The notes beneath the pieces are model-generated. The model was not told the DNA's origin. It saw only the letters and a list, made by a program, of their open reading frames with translations, and ran no database searches. The translations under genes and the position numbers were made by a program. Below, piece after piece: positions 1 through 11,171 of a stretch of 64,000 bases of DNA. The stretch comes from Cyanophora paradoxa CCMP329 (taxonomy: Eukaryota; Plantae; Glaucophyta), in assembly GCA_004431415.1 (NCBI GenBank), contig QPMI01000036.1:186001-250000 (forward strand), written 5' to 3'. Every line of letters starts with the position of its first letter. The stretch's first letter is position 1.

Positions 1-110
1 GGGGCCGGGGTGGCAAGGGCAAAGGGCCGGCGTCGACGTCGGGACTCGGGGGACCCCCGCCTGCGAGCGCCGCCCCCGCGAGCCAGCCGGAGGGCGACGA
101 GGACGATTGA
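1..110 (+). CDS. Probable 3' end of a gene entering from the left (…GRGGKGKGPASTSGLGGPPPASAAPASQPEGDEDD*)
   Basis: Open frame from base 3 to TGA at 108-110, followed by an abrupt shift to an AT-richer spacer. No homology recognised. Confidence 0.35.
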   Translation, partial: GRGGKGKGPASTSGLGGPPPASAAPASQPEGDEDD

Positions 111-805
111 GCACAGTCGAATGAACCAAATGCATGCACGCCGTTACGGCAGAGACTGAGACTGATCATGATGTGCCACGGTGCCACGGTGATCATGAGT
201 GTGAGACAGTGCATGCGCATACGCAACATGTCCGACGGTCCGACGGTCATGATGTACATGTACTGCTGTGGTACAGCCACAGCAGCACGCGGGCCTCGCC
301 GCGAGCCTCGGAGTCACTGAGTCATGCACGCAAATCTCCGGTCCGCGGCCGTTATATATATTACAAGATAAAGCCTAGCAAGTTGCACGAGCTATAAGAA
401 CTGTCGCGCGGCGCCTAGAGCAACGTCGCCCTGGCGGGCTTCGTGCCGAGGAATTCGAGCTCGGCGACACTAGTACTGAAAGCACCCGTGCACAAACCGA
501 TGCCCGTGGCCATTTGCGAGGATCCGGAGCTCGCGATCGGCGCATATATACGAGCTCGAGCTTGTTGCCCCCGGGACGCGCACCGGCTCCTTGCGCATGC
601 CCTTTCTCTCGCGCTCGCCACGCCGTGACGGCCGCCTGTGGCCTGTGGCCATGGCAGCTGCAGCTGGCCATGGCCGTTCGGGACTGGCAGCTGGGCCGCC
701 CGCTCTTTGGTGAGGGGTCTGCAGGGGCCCGAGTCAGGCATGCGCAGGACTCGACATGGCGCCGCGCGCTGCGCTGCGCCGGCGTGGCGGGGCGTACGGG
801 CGCGG

Positions 806-3800
806 CTAAAGGCCGGCGGCGGCGGCCGCCTCCTCGATGGAGGCGAGCTCAGCACGGACGGACTCACACTGCCGCCTGAGCTCCTCCAGTTCGGCGGCGC
901 CGCGCTCACGGGCGAGGTCCGCTGCTTTCGACGCGTCCTTCAGGTCTTTCAGCTCCTGTCTAATGACTTGGCGGTACCGTGCAGGCAGCTGCTTGCGGAA
1001 ATCCGTGAGCCAGGCATGCGCGTGCACGATCGCCTGTCAAAACGGTCAGATCTATAGCTATCCCCAGAGATCGATCAGCTCGTCTCGCGTACCTTCTTGG
1101 AGACTCTCTCCACGATTGTTTTGTAAGTGTCATCCGTCTTCAGGACCTCCAGAATGTCCTCCAGGCAGACCTCGCTGCAGGGGCACACCTGCTTGCGGCG
1201 CTTCGAGCTCTGCACATGCACATTCGTCGGCAGCGCGTCGCGCGACCGCTGGGTGCCTTGGGTGCACCGCAGGCGCGTTGGAAAGGGCCTCGAGCACCGC
1301 AGCGCTAGCCGCACGCCGCCTGCGGTTGCGGCCCTTGCGCTTCTGGGCAGCCATGAGCGGGGCAAGCTGCATGCGCAGCCGCTGGCGGCGCCAGCACGGC
1401 ACGGCGCACGGCGCGTGCAGCGGCAGCGCTGTCGACGACGTTGGCAAGCTCGTAGTGAAATTCGTCCAAGACAGCGATGAGGAGATCGTTTTTGATGAAG
1501 GCCCACGCATCCCTGACGACGTTCTTGAAGACTTTATCTACCGCCGCCTGCAATCGCCTGCGCCGCATGCGCATTCCATCAGCGACCAGCCGCAGTGCCA
1601 GCTGCAGCAAGTGCACGTGGCAAGGTGGGCGCACGGATTGGACGTGCTGACGATGTTGGTGTAGGCGGCTTCCACGGCCATAGATTGCAGATCTAGACTA
1701 TGTACATGTTGGTGTAGCGCCGGCAGTACGGGGCTGCACTGGTCGATGAGGGCCTGCTTCCAGCGGGGGAAGACGGAGCTGTTGAGGATGCGCTGGAAGA
1801 CGGGGCCGATGCACTTGATCTCCTCGATGAAGCGCTTAAATGAGAGGCCGAAGAGGACAGAGTGTTCCAGGCTCTTCTGGTCCACGTCGCGCCCAACGGA
1901 CCCCACAGCATCATTTCCAAACCGATTCTTGAGAAGGCCCTGCACCGTCTGCGCATACTGAAGATAAGCGGCCAAGGATCGCGATCGCAGCAGCGCGTGG
2001 CGCTGCCAGGCTGCAGCTGGACACGCACGGAGCTCAGGAAGTCGGTCTCGGCATCGCGACAGGCCTTATCCCAAAACTCCCCGAATTCCTTACCGAATTC
2101 CTTGTCGACGCTAGCCATTACGCTATGGCCTCCGCGCTCCAGCGTCTGCACCTTGCTCAGCTGCCGCTGCAAGGCCCGAAACGCGCCTTGCAGCATCTCC
2201 TGCAGCTTCTTTCGATCCGCCGCCGCTCCCAACGACGGCAGCTTGAGAGTCTGCCACGCCGGGGCATGAGCGCAAATCAAAGCAGCGCAAGCAGACGCTG
2301 GCGGGGCGGGGCGGCGTGCGTTCTCGTAGAGGAGCAGGCCGCGGGTGAGGACGGCATGCGCTGGCGCGTAGGCCTTCTCTCGAAGACGCTGGAGGACGAT
2401 CTTGCAGCCCTGGCCCCTCAACAGCGCCATGATCTCCGCGTAGTCAGGGCGAGCCGTGACGGGCATTGCCTGTGCAGCCTCATGCCCCTCCACGGCGAGC
2501 GTTTTGAAGTACTTCGGCCCCGCGTTGTAGGTTCCAAAGAAGAGCCGCTTACGCCTGCGAAGCCCGTGGCATTGGCAGTGGCGGCGGCGCTAGGGCCCGA
2601 GCTTGAGGGGGGAACACACGCTGCAGAACCCCACTGGCTTGCGGGGAGCTGACTTGCCCACTCCTGAGGCCCGCACATGTAACGACAGGGGGGGCGGCGG
2701 GCAGCGCGGGCAGGGGCGCACCTGAAGGGCGCTGAGCCGCCGGCTCTTCATGGCCGATCGGATGCTCTGGACGTCGACGTCGCCATCGCCGAGCTCGCGC
2801 CTGGGATCGCACGCGATAAGGACAGCGTGCTCCTCAGGTCGGGCAACGAGGTCGCCGAGAGGCTCCTGGAGGGAGGCAAAGACAGCCAACGGCGTGTCGC
2901 CTCCCGAGTCGACGTGTACGAGCATGTCCACAGGCTGCACTGCTCGTGCTGCCTCCCGCCGCGCTGCATCGGTCTCCGTCGAGCCCACGCTGTCGACCTG
3001 CCGCCCCGGCCTGTCAGCTTACGCTTGACGGACCGCGGCGTGCGGAACGCAGGATGCGGCAGCGGCTGCACCTGGCGGAGGCCGACGCAGTGCGCACTCG
3101 GGACGCCCATCTCCACGGAGCGGACGAGGCCCCAGCAGCCGCCATTCACGTTGGCAGTGAGAAGCGTGAGGACACGCCCCACGCCCCGCTTTGCCTCCTC
3201 CCGGTCCGTGCAGGCTGTGTCCAAGCCGGGGCCGCCCCAGGCGTCAACTTGACGACTCGCAATCGACAAGCTAGAGCTCGCGGAAAGGCCGGTCTGGCGC
3301 ACCGGAGTGGTAAAGCACGGTCTTGCCCAGCAGCTCCTCGAAAAGCATAAGCTCCCTCGGCAGCTCGAAGTGCTCGGGGCTATCGGCAGCGATCAGCAGT
3401 GACAAGTTCCAGCGCGCGAAGGATATTAATATTGCGCATGCAAGGCGCACGTGAGGCGGTCAACGTCGTCGAGCGTTGCGGGCGTCAGGGACTCATTGCC
3501 AGCCATGGCGAGGGCGAGGGCGATTGCGGCGCGCTCCTGCATCCCTATGCGTGCCTCGCTGTCTTCGCGGTCCAAGTCGCGGATCTGCTCAAGCGCTGCC
3601 AGGCCCGCGGCCTTCGCGTCATCGCGCTCCTTCCGGTCTTTGAACGTCACGAGCACGTAGAAGAAGGGTGAGCCGAGCGTCACGATGGGCACGCTGCGGG
3701 GCTGTGAGGGTCGCGATTGGCGGCGGGGAGAGCGGGGGCGGCAAGCCTGCTGGTCGCGTTGACGGTGCGGCTCGGAAGGATGCGACCGGACACAAAAATG

Positions 3801-6800
3801 CCCTTCTCGTTGCCAGCGCGCGCCTCAAGGGCGTTTAAGAGGTGCCGTATACGTTTGGCAAGTTCGTCTTGTGGGGCGCCGAGAATCTCCCGTAGGCGCT
3901 GCACCTGGTCCATTGGGCGCACCGGCATCGAAGGTGCTGGTGAGCACCCGAAGCGCTGTGCATGGCGTTAAGGTTGGCACCGGCACGAAGTCTATCGGCT
4001 CACATCGGGGGAGCCGTCGGGGTCGGCAGGGAGTGCGGCAACTGCAGCGATGAGGCTGGCAAGTAGGGCGAAGTCCGCTGGCTTGGGAAGCCCGTCACAG
4101 ATGAGGCCCGAGAGGCACGTCGACTTGCCTGCCGGGCGTCGGAGGAACTGGTCAGCACGGGCGAGAGCGGCTCGAGGTGGGCAGGCCTAGGTGTTGAAGC
4201 GGGCGCGGCAGCGCTAGCGCACCGGCGCGGGTCCACCCCGCGAAACAGTTCTGCTGGAGGGCGATCTCGTCGATGGTCTTGTCATTGATAAGCTCCTGTA
4301 CCTGTGTACCAAGCTCCTTCACCTGCGCTCCCGTCGCGCCGGCCCCTCGAGCTCGCCCCGCGGCACACCCGCGAAGCCCAGCGCGCCTCGAGCTCGGAGT
4401 GGTCCCGGAGCGAGTCGGCGCCAATGTCGATCGTGATGCAGGCCTGGGAGGCGGACGCCCGGGCGTTGAGGTTCGCGATCCGCTTCGCCCAGTGTTGCGT
4501 ACGGCGCACCACATCGACGGCGTCTGCACAAAAGCCCGTGAGCGGCGCGGGCATCCAGAGACGGGCCAGAGTGGGCGGGGCGGGCCTGCAAGGCCAGCGT
4601 TGCGCAGGCCAAGGCGGTCGAGAAGGGCGAGCAGCTGCGCCTCAGGGACAGCTGGGCCCTCAGCACGAACTAGTTTGTCCTCGTACTCGGCCGGGTGCTC
4701 CCACACCAGCTCCTCTGAGAAGGTTCCATTGAATCGCCGCCGGAGCTCGAACGTGCCCTTCTGCTTGTTAAGGCGAGACTGCGGCGGACCTCGCAATCGG
4801 AATGGCCGGGATGGGGAGTTCGGGGTCGGTCAGCAGGGCGCACGAAGAGGATGGCCTCGCCGGGGTACTGAGGGTCCTTCAGCTCTGTTTCGTTTTCGCG
4901 GAGCTCTATGAAAGGTTATAATTAGCGGTGAGAGCGAAGCGCGGAACTCGGAAGGCGGCAGAAGCGAAGCGCGCACCCCATTCGAAGTTGATGAGGTTAG
5001 GGACGTGGATGACCGCGCCAGCATTGATGATGCGGAGGGCTGGAGCGCACGGAAGAGGCCAAAGCAGCTCGTAGACGCGCCGGCGCCCGCCGCCGGCCTC
5101 TTCGATTCGCAAGGCAAGCGTGAGGACGACTTGCGGAGGGCAGCCTGCGGCGGTCGGCGAGCCGTACTGGCTCTTCGTGACGCGATTCTCTCTCTGCACA
5201 GGCCGAATAAGGCAGGGCGTGGCAAAGGTAGAGGCATGCCTAGGGCGGAAGGCGGACCTCATGAAGGGAGAGGATGGAGATGCTGACGTCGGGAAAGCGC
5301 TCGGCGAGAACCGCAAGAGCCACCGCGTCCGCGAAGGATTCGAGCTCGGGCTCGGGTTCAGCGCGATCCATCACGAGCTTGAAGGCCCTTGCTACCGCCA
5401 GCTCGCGATCGGTGGAGTCCGCCAGCTCGGTCGTCTCGCCCAAAATGGCGAAGGCCTGCCAGGCGAGCTCGACCAGACTTGGCAGCACTGGATGCTCAAC
5501 AAACTTCAACGCAGTCTGCACAGGGCGGTCGGCCAGCGGACCAGCGGCCGAGCTCGAGGCCTACAGGCGCGCAGGCAGCGCGGACCTGGGCCCAGAGGTC
5601 CGTGGCGATGGCGGCGCGCAGTTCGCCCTCCAACGCTGCGCCACGGCTGGATGCACTGTCAGGCCTAGGCCTGGGCCTACTGTGCGAGCGCGAGTCCAGG
5701 AGGGCCTAAGAGTGGGGGGACGGGGGGAAGGGAAGGGGGCGGACTGGAGGGGGGCAGGGGGGGGAGGGGGAGGAGGGGGGGGGGGGGGGGGGGGGCGGTA
5801 GGGAGGGAGGGGGAAGAGCGGGGGAAGAGGGGAGGGTGGAGAGGAAAGGGAGGGGGAGGGAGTGAGGGATGGAGGGGGTTGGGGGGGAGGGGAGGGGGGG
5901 GGAAGGAGGGGGGGGTAGTTACGCACAACAGGCTGGCGGCAAGGACAGCGAAGAGGCTACCACGGACGGCATCGGGCCGGCAGCCGATGGCTTTGTAGAT
6001 GTCGTCAATGCAGGCGACAGCTGTGGGGCCACCGGCGAGCCGAGCAGCGCGGACGTTTAGAGCGCACGCCGCCACCCGCTCCTCGACGCCCATGTCCGAG
6101 ATCTTGGACTTCAGAAACGCCAGGTCCTGCACCACATTGTTTGGCGCGGCTCCAAACGGAGCGCGGCGGAATGGCAAAAGGGCAGACGCAGTCCGGACCT
6201 TGACGACAACCTCAACCGGAAGCCCCTCCGGATTCTGCTTCTGGTCCTTCTCCGCCTCCTTTGTCTCCGGTCCTTCCTCGTAGCTCCAGGGGGCGGCTGC
6301 GATGAGATTCAGGGCAGCCACCGATGGCGGCAGAGTACACGCTACCCGTGTCCTCTCCACGAGCTGGGGCGTCCGTGGGGCTCGACCCCTCCCCTGCTCC
6401 CGTCGGAGGGGTGCCCATCAGCGGAGCGGCCACCGACGGCGCCCGTGCGGCCACCAGCGGCGCGTCCACCGACGGCATCCGCGCGGCCGCCAGCAGCGCG
6501 GCCACTGACGGCACCGCCGCGGCTGCCAGCGGCGCGGCCACCGACGGCGCCGGCGCGGCCGCCAGCGGCGCGGCCACCGACGGCACCGCCGCGGCCGCCA
6601 GCGGCGCGGCCACCGACGGCGCCGGTGCAGCCGCCAGCGGCGCGGCCACCGACGGCACCGCCGCAGCCGCCAGCGGCGCGGCCACCGACGGCGCCGGTGC
6701 AGCCGCCAGCGGCGCGGCCACCGACAGCACCGCCGCGGCCGCCAGCGGCGCGGCCACCGACGGCACCGGCGCAGCCACCAGCAGCGCGGCCACCGACGGC

Positions 6801-8112
6801 ACCGCCGCGGCCGCCAGAGGTGCAGTCATTGACGGCGCGATCTCCAGCCGCGTGCAGTTGGCCGCCAGCACTGCGGCCGACGGCGGTGCGGCCGCTGATA
6901 ACGGCTTTGTGGTGCGCTTGCGGGCGTGCTTGGGGCTCGGCTGGGGGACGCGTACGCCGTCCGGATCCGAGTCGGCCTCTGGCTGAACCCGCGGCCGGAA
7001 GAGCTGTTTAACGGAGACAGTCTGCCCGTCGTGCAACTTGACCTCAGCCTTATGAAGCGCAAGCGAGTGCGCCGGCCCGCCGGTGACGCGGCTCCAGACG
7101 TCGCCAGCCCAAGTCCGCCCCTCGGAAATCTTCGTCTCTCCGTCCTCTTCGAACTCCACCATGCCTGGTTCCTGACACACCTGCATTCACACAGCAACAC
7201 CCTGAGCCTCGGGGCGAGGCGGGGGCGCGGAGGGGAGGAGGCGCCGTGCAGACGGCGGGGCGCACGCAGCACGTGTATCCGTACAGGGAGAGTGTCATGC
7301 CTGGGGCAACCATGCCTTGGTGGACGAGCATGCCTAGGCCGCAATCCTTGCGGGGCCCCCTCGACCTCTTCCTTGAACTCGAGCTCGAGACAGCCGCGCT
7401 CAGGAGAGCCGGCGCATGGCCATGGGTCCCGGGGCCCTGCAAGGGGACGAGGTGCAAGAAGAGTGATCAGCGGGGCCGGTAAGATCCCGAGCTCACGGCG
7501 GACGGCGCGCACGCTTGCGACTGCGCTCGAGGTCGAACTCGGCAGAGGCATGGCGCTGGCGCTGGCCAACTCATGCATATGCACGTACGCGTTCGAATTC
7601 CCGGCCGCAAACAGCTGCAGCACCGAGTCATCGGCAGCGAGCTCGATTGCGAGAATGCACTTCCTCGATATCTGCGCGTACCGTTCCCTCGCTTATTCCC
7701 GGGAGTCCTTGCGTCGTCGACGTCGATGGGGGCGCTTCGCGCGCGTGCGCATCAAACTTGTGCTCCGTCCCAAACATCCGATCACGGGCTGCAATCGACA
7801 AAGGTCAACCGTGACTGACCACACGCGTTCGCGCGCTCGCTCGAGGCCAGCATATGCATGTGTACGGCGGCAACTACTAGGCTAGGGACATATACATGTC
7901 AACTCGGCCGGACCACTCTAGAGCCGCTTGCAAAATTCAACGGGGACCGTCAGCGGCGGCCCGCGGGAGCCCAGCGCGCGCGGGCGGGCCTCTGTCGCAC
8001 AGCGCGCTCTAGAAAGCTGCCGCAGGCGACCACGCACCTTGCAGGACGCTGTGGAAGCGGTTTGTCGTGCTCGACACGATGTGTCCTTTGATGCCGAGGT
8101 GTGGACCCCCAT
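806..8112 (-). CDS. Large multi-exon protein: MGxxxS leader, RAMA-like domain, Ala/Pro 12-aa repeats, inactive OTU-like domain, dynamin-superfamily (NUGGC/SLIP-GC-like) GTPase and helical C-terminus
   Basis: Splicing the GT-AG intron 4129-4222 builds the P-loop CFAGWTRAGKSTCL. Downstream are LLNAL…ILPSRTVNATSVPIV…FYVLVTF and VRSVEMGVPS…GLRQVDSVG (G3 DxxG, ~2985-2997), then long helical exons ending …EEAAAAAGL* at 806. RAMA-like segment GLGMLVHQGMVAPGMTLSL…EDGETKISEGRTWA…DGQTVSVKQL lies at ~7000-7345. The 5' exon structure is uncertain. Confidence 0.7.
5714..5916. repeat. G-rich low-complexity tract with long G runs inside an intron of the GTPase gene
   Basis: Runs of G interrupted by A, seen directly. 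Confidence 0.85.
6421..6840. repeat. 36-bp tandem repeat, ~11.5 copies, alternating two variants; encodes (SVAAPLAAAPAP/SVAAPLAAAAVP)n on the minus strand
   Basis: Unit gcggcgcggccaccgacggc… recurs every 36 bp (e.g. 6421, 6601, 6781). Confidence 0.95.
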
Positions 8113-8159
8113 GTCGGGCCAGACCGTCCGGCGCGGGGCAGGGTACGCAAAAGCGTTCT

Positions 8160-8325
8160 CGCGGTCCGACCAGGTCGGACCGCGGGGCCGGGAGTACGCG
8201 GATTTCGAACCAAAGCGCCGATTGCTCCCCGGAGGGAGGGGTGAGGTTGCACGGGGGTAGCAATTGGCGCAGCGTCGGTCGCGGACGGTCCGCCGGCGCC
8301 GGTGCGAAATCCGCGTACTCCCGGC
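8160..8325. promoter_or_regulatory. Hairpin (12-bp arms, 8160-8184) plus 25-bp inverted repeat (8187-8211 / 8301-8325) upstream of the minus-strand ATG; also present in copy 2 (11219-11384)
   Basis: cgcggtccgacc-a-ggtcggaccgcg, and gccgggagtacgcggatttcgaacc versus ggtgcgaaatccgcgtactcccggc (one mismatch). A TATA-like ctatatat sits at ~8431. Confidence 0.7.
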
Positions 8326-8711
8326 AGACCAAGCTAGCCTGGCAAGCCTCGTTAGCGCTAGCTTCGCGTACCCACTATCTATCACATAACCCGTAGTACT
8401 AGTACGGTACCGGTAGCTAAGCTATCCCAGCTATATATCCCGCTCAGCAGCGGCTGGACAGTGTTGACGTCGACGTACGCGTCGACTAGTACTCCCCTCA
8501 CGCACGGTGCGCCCCGGTCGTGTGTGCCGTGCGTGAGGCGAAGGCCTCCCGTTACAAAAGCGCTTTATCCGGCGGCCGCCGCCTCCTCGCGCTCCAAGCG
8601 GTGGTCCGCGATCCGCGCGTCCGACGGTCGGGCCTCTAATGGTAGCCTCGCCGAAAGCCAAAACGAGCTCGAGCCAAACGAACAGCAGCTGCAGCAGCAA
8701 CAACGAAAGCG

Positions 8712-9350
8712 ATGCGGGCTCTCCTCCTCGCCGCGCTGGCGCTTGCGGCCGCGCTCCTCGACGCGCAGCCGGCCCTAGCTGGCGGCCACAGCACCCGGTG
8801 ACCAACGCACAGACTCCTCGCTCAAATTGAAGCATGCGTCGGTGGCACGTGCGTTCCCACAGGCGGAGGTGGAGGCCAGGGCTGTACAAGCAACTCCCAG
8901 TGCTGGCCCCTGATCTGCGACACCATCGCCACGACCTGCGCATCGTGCACTGCAGACTCGCAGTGCGACCCCGCCGGCAACACCGGCTATATCTGCGGCA
9001 GCAGCGGGCAGTGCATCAGCGCCAGCGCTACCGCCACGCCGTGACCGAGCGCCAGCCCGAGCCGCACGCCCTCGCCCAGCGCCAGCCCGTCGCCCTCTCC
9101 CTCGCCCTCGCCCTCGGCCACGCCCTCGCCCAGCGCGACGCCGGCCGCGACGCCGACCGCGAGCACGTCCCCGAGCCCCTCGCCCACCGCCGCGGTGACC
9201 CCCCCCCTCCCCCCCCCTCCCCCCCGCCCCTTCCGCGGGGCGTGCGACTCGGGGCGGGGGCGGGGCCCGGGGCAGCCGACGAGGGTCCTGGACCTCGCCT
9301 TCCTCCGCAACGCGTACCCCGACGTCGTCATGTGCACCTCTCCCCGCCGG
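8712..9350 (+). CDS. Secreted Cys-rich protein (signal peptide + 8-Cys domain), stopped by in-frame TGA at 9042-9044 before a Ser/Pro/Thr stalk; 3' part missing in this copy
   Basis: MRALLLAALALAAALLDAQPALA, intron, then GGGGGQGCTSNSQCWPLICDTIATTCASCTADSQCDPAGNTGYICGSSGQCISASATATP*PSASPSRTPSPS…. Confidence 0.6.
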
Positions 9351-9685
9351 CTTCATGACTCAGTGATCAAGCTTCAGGTTTAGTTTAAATAAGCTTCAGC
9401 TGCAGGCTTTAATTTCAGGGTTTCGAAATTCGAATTCTGAGTTCAATGCAAGTTTCGAATTCGAATTCGGCCCAACCCCCCTGCGATTTTTGATCATAAG
9501 CTTTTTAAGAACATCGATATAGACGATTCGCAAATATTAATTGAATCGGGTTTTAATTTGGGGTAGCTATAGTACTAGTGTCGGTTGATCATGAGCCCGG
9601 CCCACGGCCTGAATTCATGAAAGAAACACTTGCAAATATTGGGCATTTCATATAAGACACAAGACGACTTCAATCGAAAGAACTC

Positions 9686-11171
9686 CTAATGATCATGATA
9701 GGAGGGGTGCACGTGCTTGGGGAGCTCGAGGTCACTGGGTCTGTGCATGTGGCCAGCGATCAGCTCACACGCAGCCTGGTACACGGCTGCATTGCCTGCC
9801 CCGCGCTGCTCAACCCATTTCACCGGTGTGAGCATCATCTACCGATGAACCACGGTCACGTTGGGGGAATTCGCACGGGGGGGGGGGGGGGGGGGTTTGG
9901 AGCGCACATCGTAGTCACGGGGCAGCGTGACCGAGTTGCGTTCCACAATAAAAACTGCGCATGCGCGAGAGGGCTTATGCCATAATACAAAAAGCCGGGA
10001 AGCTTGAAATCCAGCTTGGAGCAGCGCATGCGGACCAGGGAACTTCTGCAGCCGGAGTCGGTGGTGTGCATACTGCGCGGGGGCGTACTTCAGTGTCGCG
10101 CGGCAGCACACACTCTCGGGTCTGCGTGCAGAGAAGGACCTGCATCTCGTCGTCGCAGTTCCTGGACGCCAGGTACGCTGGCGAGAGGAAGCAGATGAAC
10201 GAGTGGCAGTGGGCCATCGCATCCTGCTCAGCAGACTGAGGCGCGCTGCGGTCCGGGGCCGGCTGCACCGCTTGCGCACCCCGATTTCCTTCATCCACAG
10301 CTGGCCCGGCTTAAGCTCGCGGTCGATCCTGCACCGGCGTCGGGTGTCAGCGATAGCGATGTGCGGCCAGGCGCCGGGGCGGGGCGAGCCAGATGGAGAG
10401 CCCGGCGGCCTTGAGGATGTCGCAGTACCGGAAGACGACATCGGCATCCGCGTGTGCATAACTGCGCGCGGCGGTCATGATCAGGCCCCAAGCATCCACG
10501 GCGGACAGGCGCGCGTGCCATGGGTAGGGAAGACGGCGCACGCGCCTTACGAAACAGTCCCACTTCTTGACATTGTCTGTGACGACCGGCGCTGATATCG
10601 GCTTTTGTGGCGAGCTCGGCAGAGGCATGGCCGTGGCGCTGGCCAACTCGAGCAAGTTCCGGGCCGCAAACAGCTGCAGCACCGAGTCATCGGCAGCGAG
10701 CTCGATTGCGAGAATGCACTTCCTCGATATCTGCGCGTACCGTTCCCTCGCTTATTCCCGGGAGTCCTTGCGTCGTCGACGTCGATGGGGGCGCTTCGCG
10801 CGCGTGCGCATCAAACTTGTGCTCCGTCCCAAACATCCGATCACGGGCTGCAATCGACAAAGGTCAACCGTGACTGACCACACGCGTTCGCGCGCTCGCT
10901 CGAGGCCAGCATATGCATGTGTACGGCGGCAACTACTAGGCTAGGGACATATACATGTCAACTCGGCCGGACCACTCTAGAGCCGCTTGCAAAATTCAAC
11001 GGGGACCGTCAGCGGCGGCCCGCGGGAGCCCAGCGCGCGCGGGCGGGCCTCTGTCGCACAGCGCGCTCTAGAAAGCTGCCGCAGGCGACCACGCACCTTG
11101 CAGGACGCTGTGGAAGCGGTTTGTCGTGCTCGACACGATGTGTCCTTTGATGCCGAGGTGTGGACCCCCAT
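9686..11171 (-). CDS. TIR-domain protein (TIR_2/bacterial-like) sharing the MGxxxS leader exons of the GTPase gene
   Basis: Spliced product …KKWDCFVSYAHADADVVFRYCDILKAAGLSIWIDRELKPGQLWMKEIGDAMAHCHSFICFLSPAYLASRNCDDEMQYAHHRLRLQKFPVFIVERNSVTLPRDYDMMLTPVKWVEQRG…* with TAG at 9686-9688. It matches TIR box1 (DxFxSY) and the S-x-[W/N]-C-x-x-E motif. The 5' exon structure is uncertain. Confidence 0.85.

Larger units (their letters stand above)
7536..9350. repeat. Segmental duplication copy 1 (near-identical core ~7603-9309, diverged edges)
   Basis: Matches 10615-12310 at offset 3059 (identical ORFs at 7858/10917, 7918/10977, 8067/11126). Differences seen: a 1-bp indel, one substitution and a 91-bp deletion in copy 2. 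Confidence 0.97.

Noticed and set aside
400-800. Short ORFs between the left spacer and the GTPase stop
   Set aside because: No recognisable motifs or consistent splice pattern. Probably 3' UTR or intergenic.
6421-6840. CRISPR-like array (36-bp period)
   Set aside because: Contiguous tandem units with no unique spacers, in frame within a eukaryotic gene, and no cas genes.
8195-8211. tRNA or SINE from the box-B-like GGTTCGAAATCC on the minus strand
   Set aside because: It has an extra base, no box A or cloverleaf was found, and it is one arm of the inverted repeat.
9042-9044. Selenocysteine or readthrough at the in-frame TGA
   Set aside because: The context is a Ser/Pro stalk (likely TCA to TGA), with no redox motif and no SECIS recognised.
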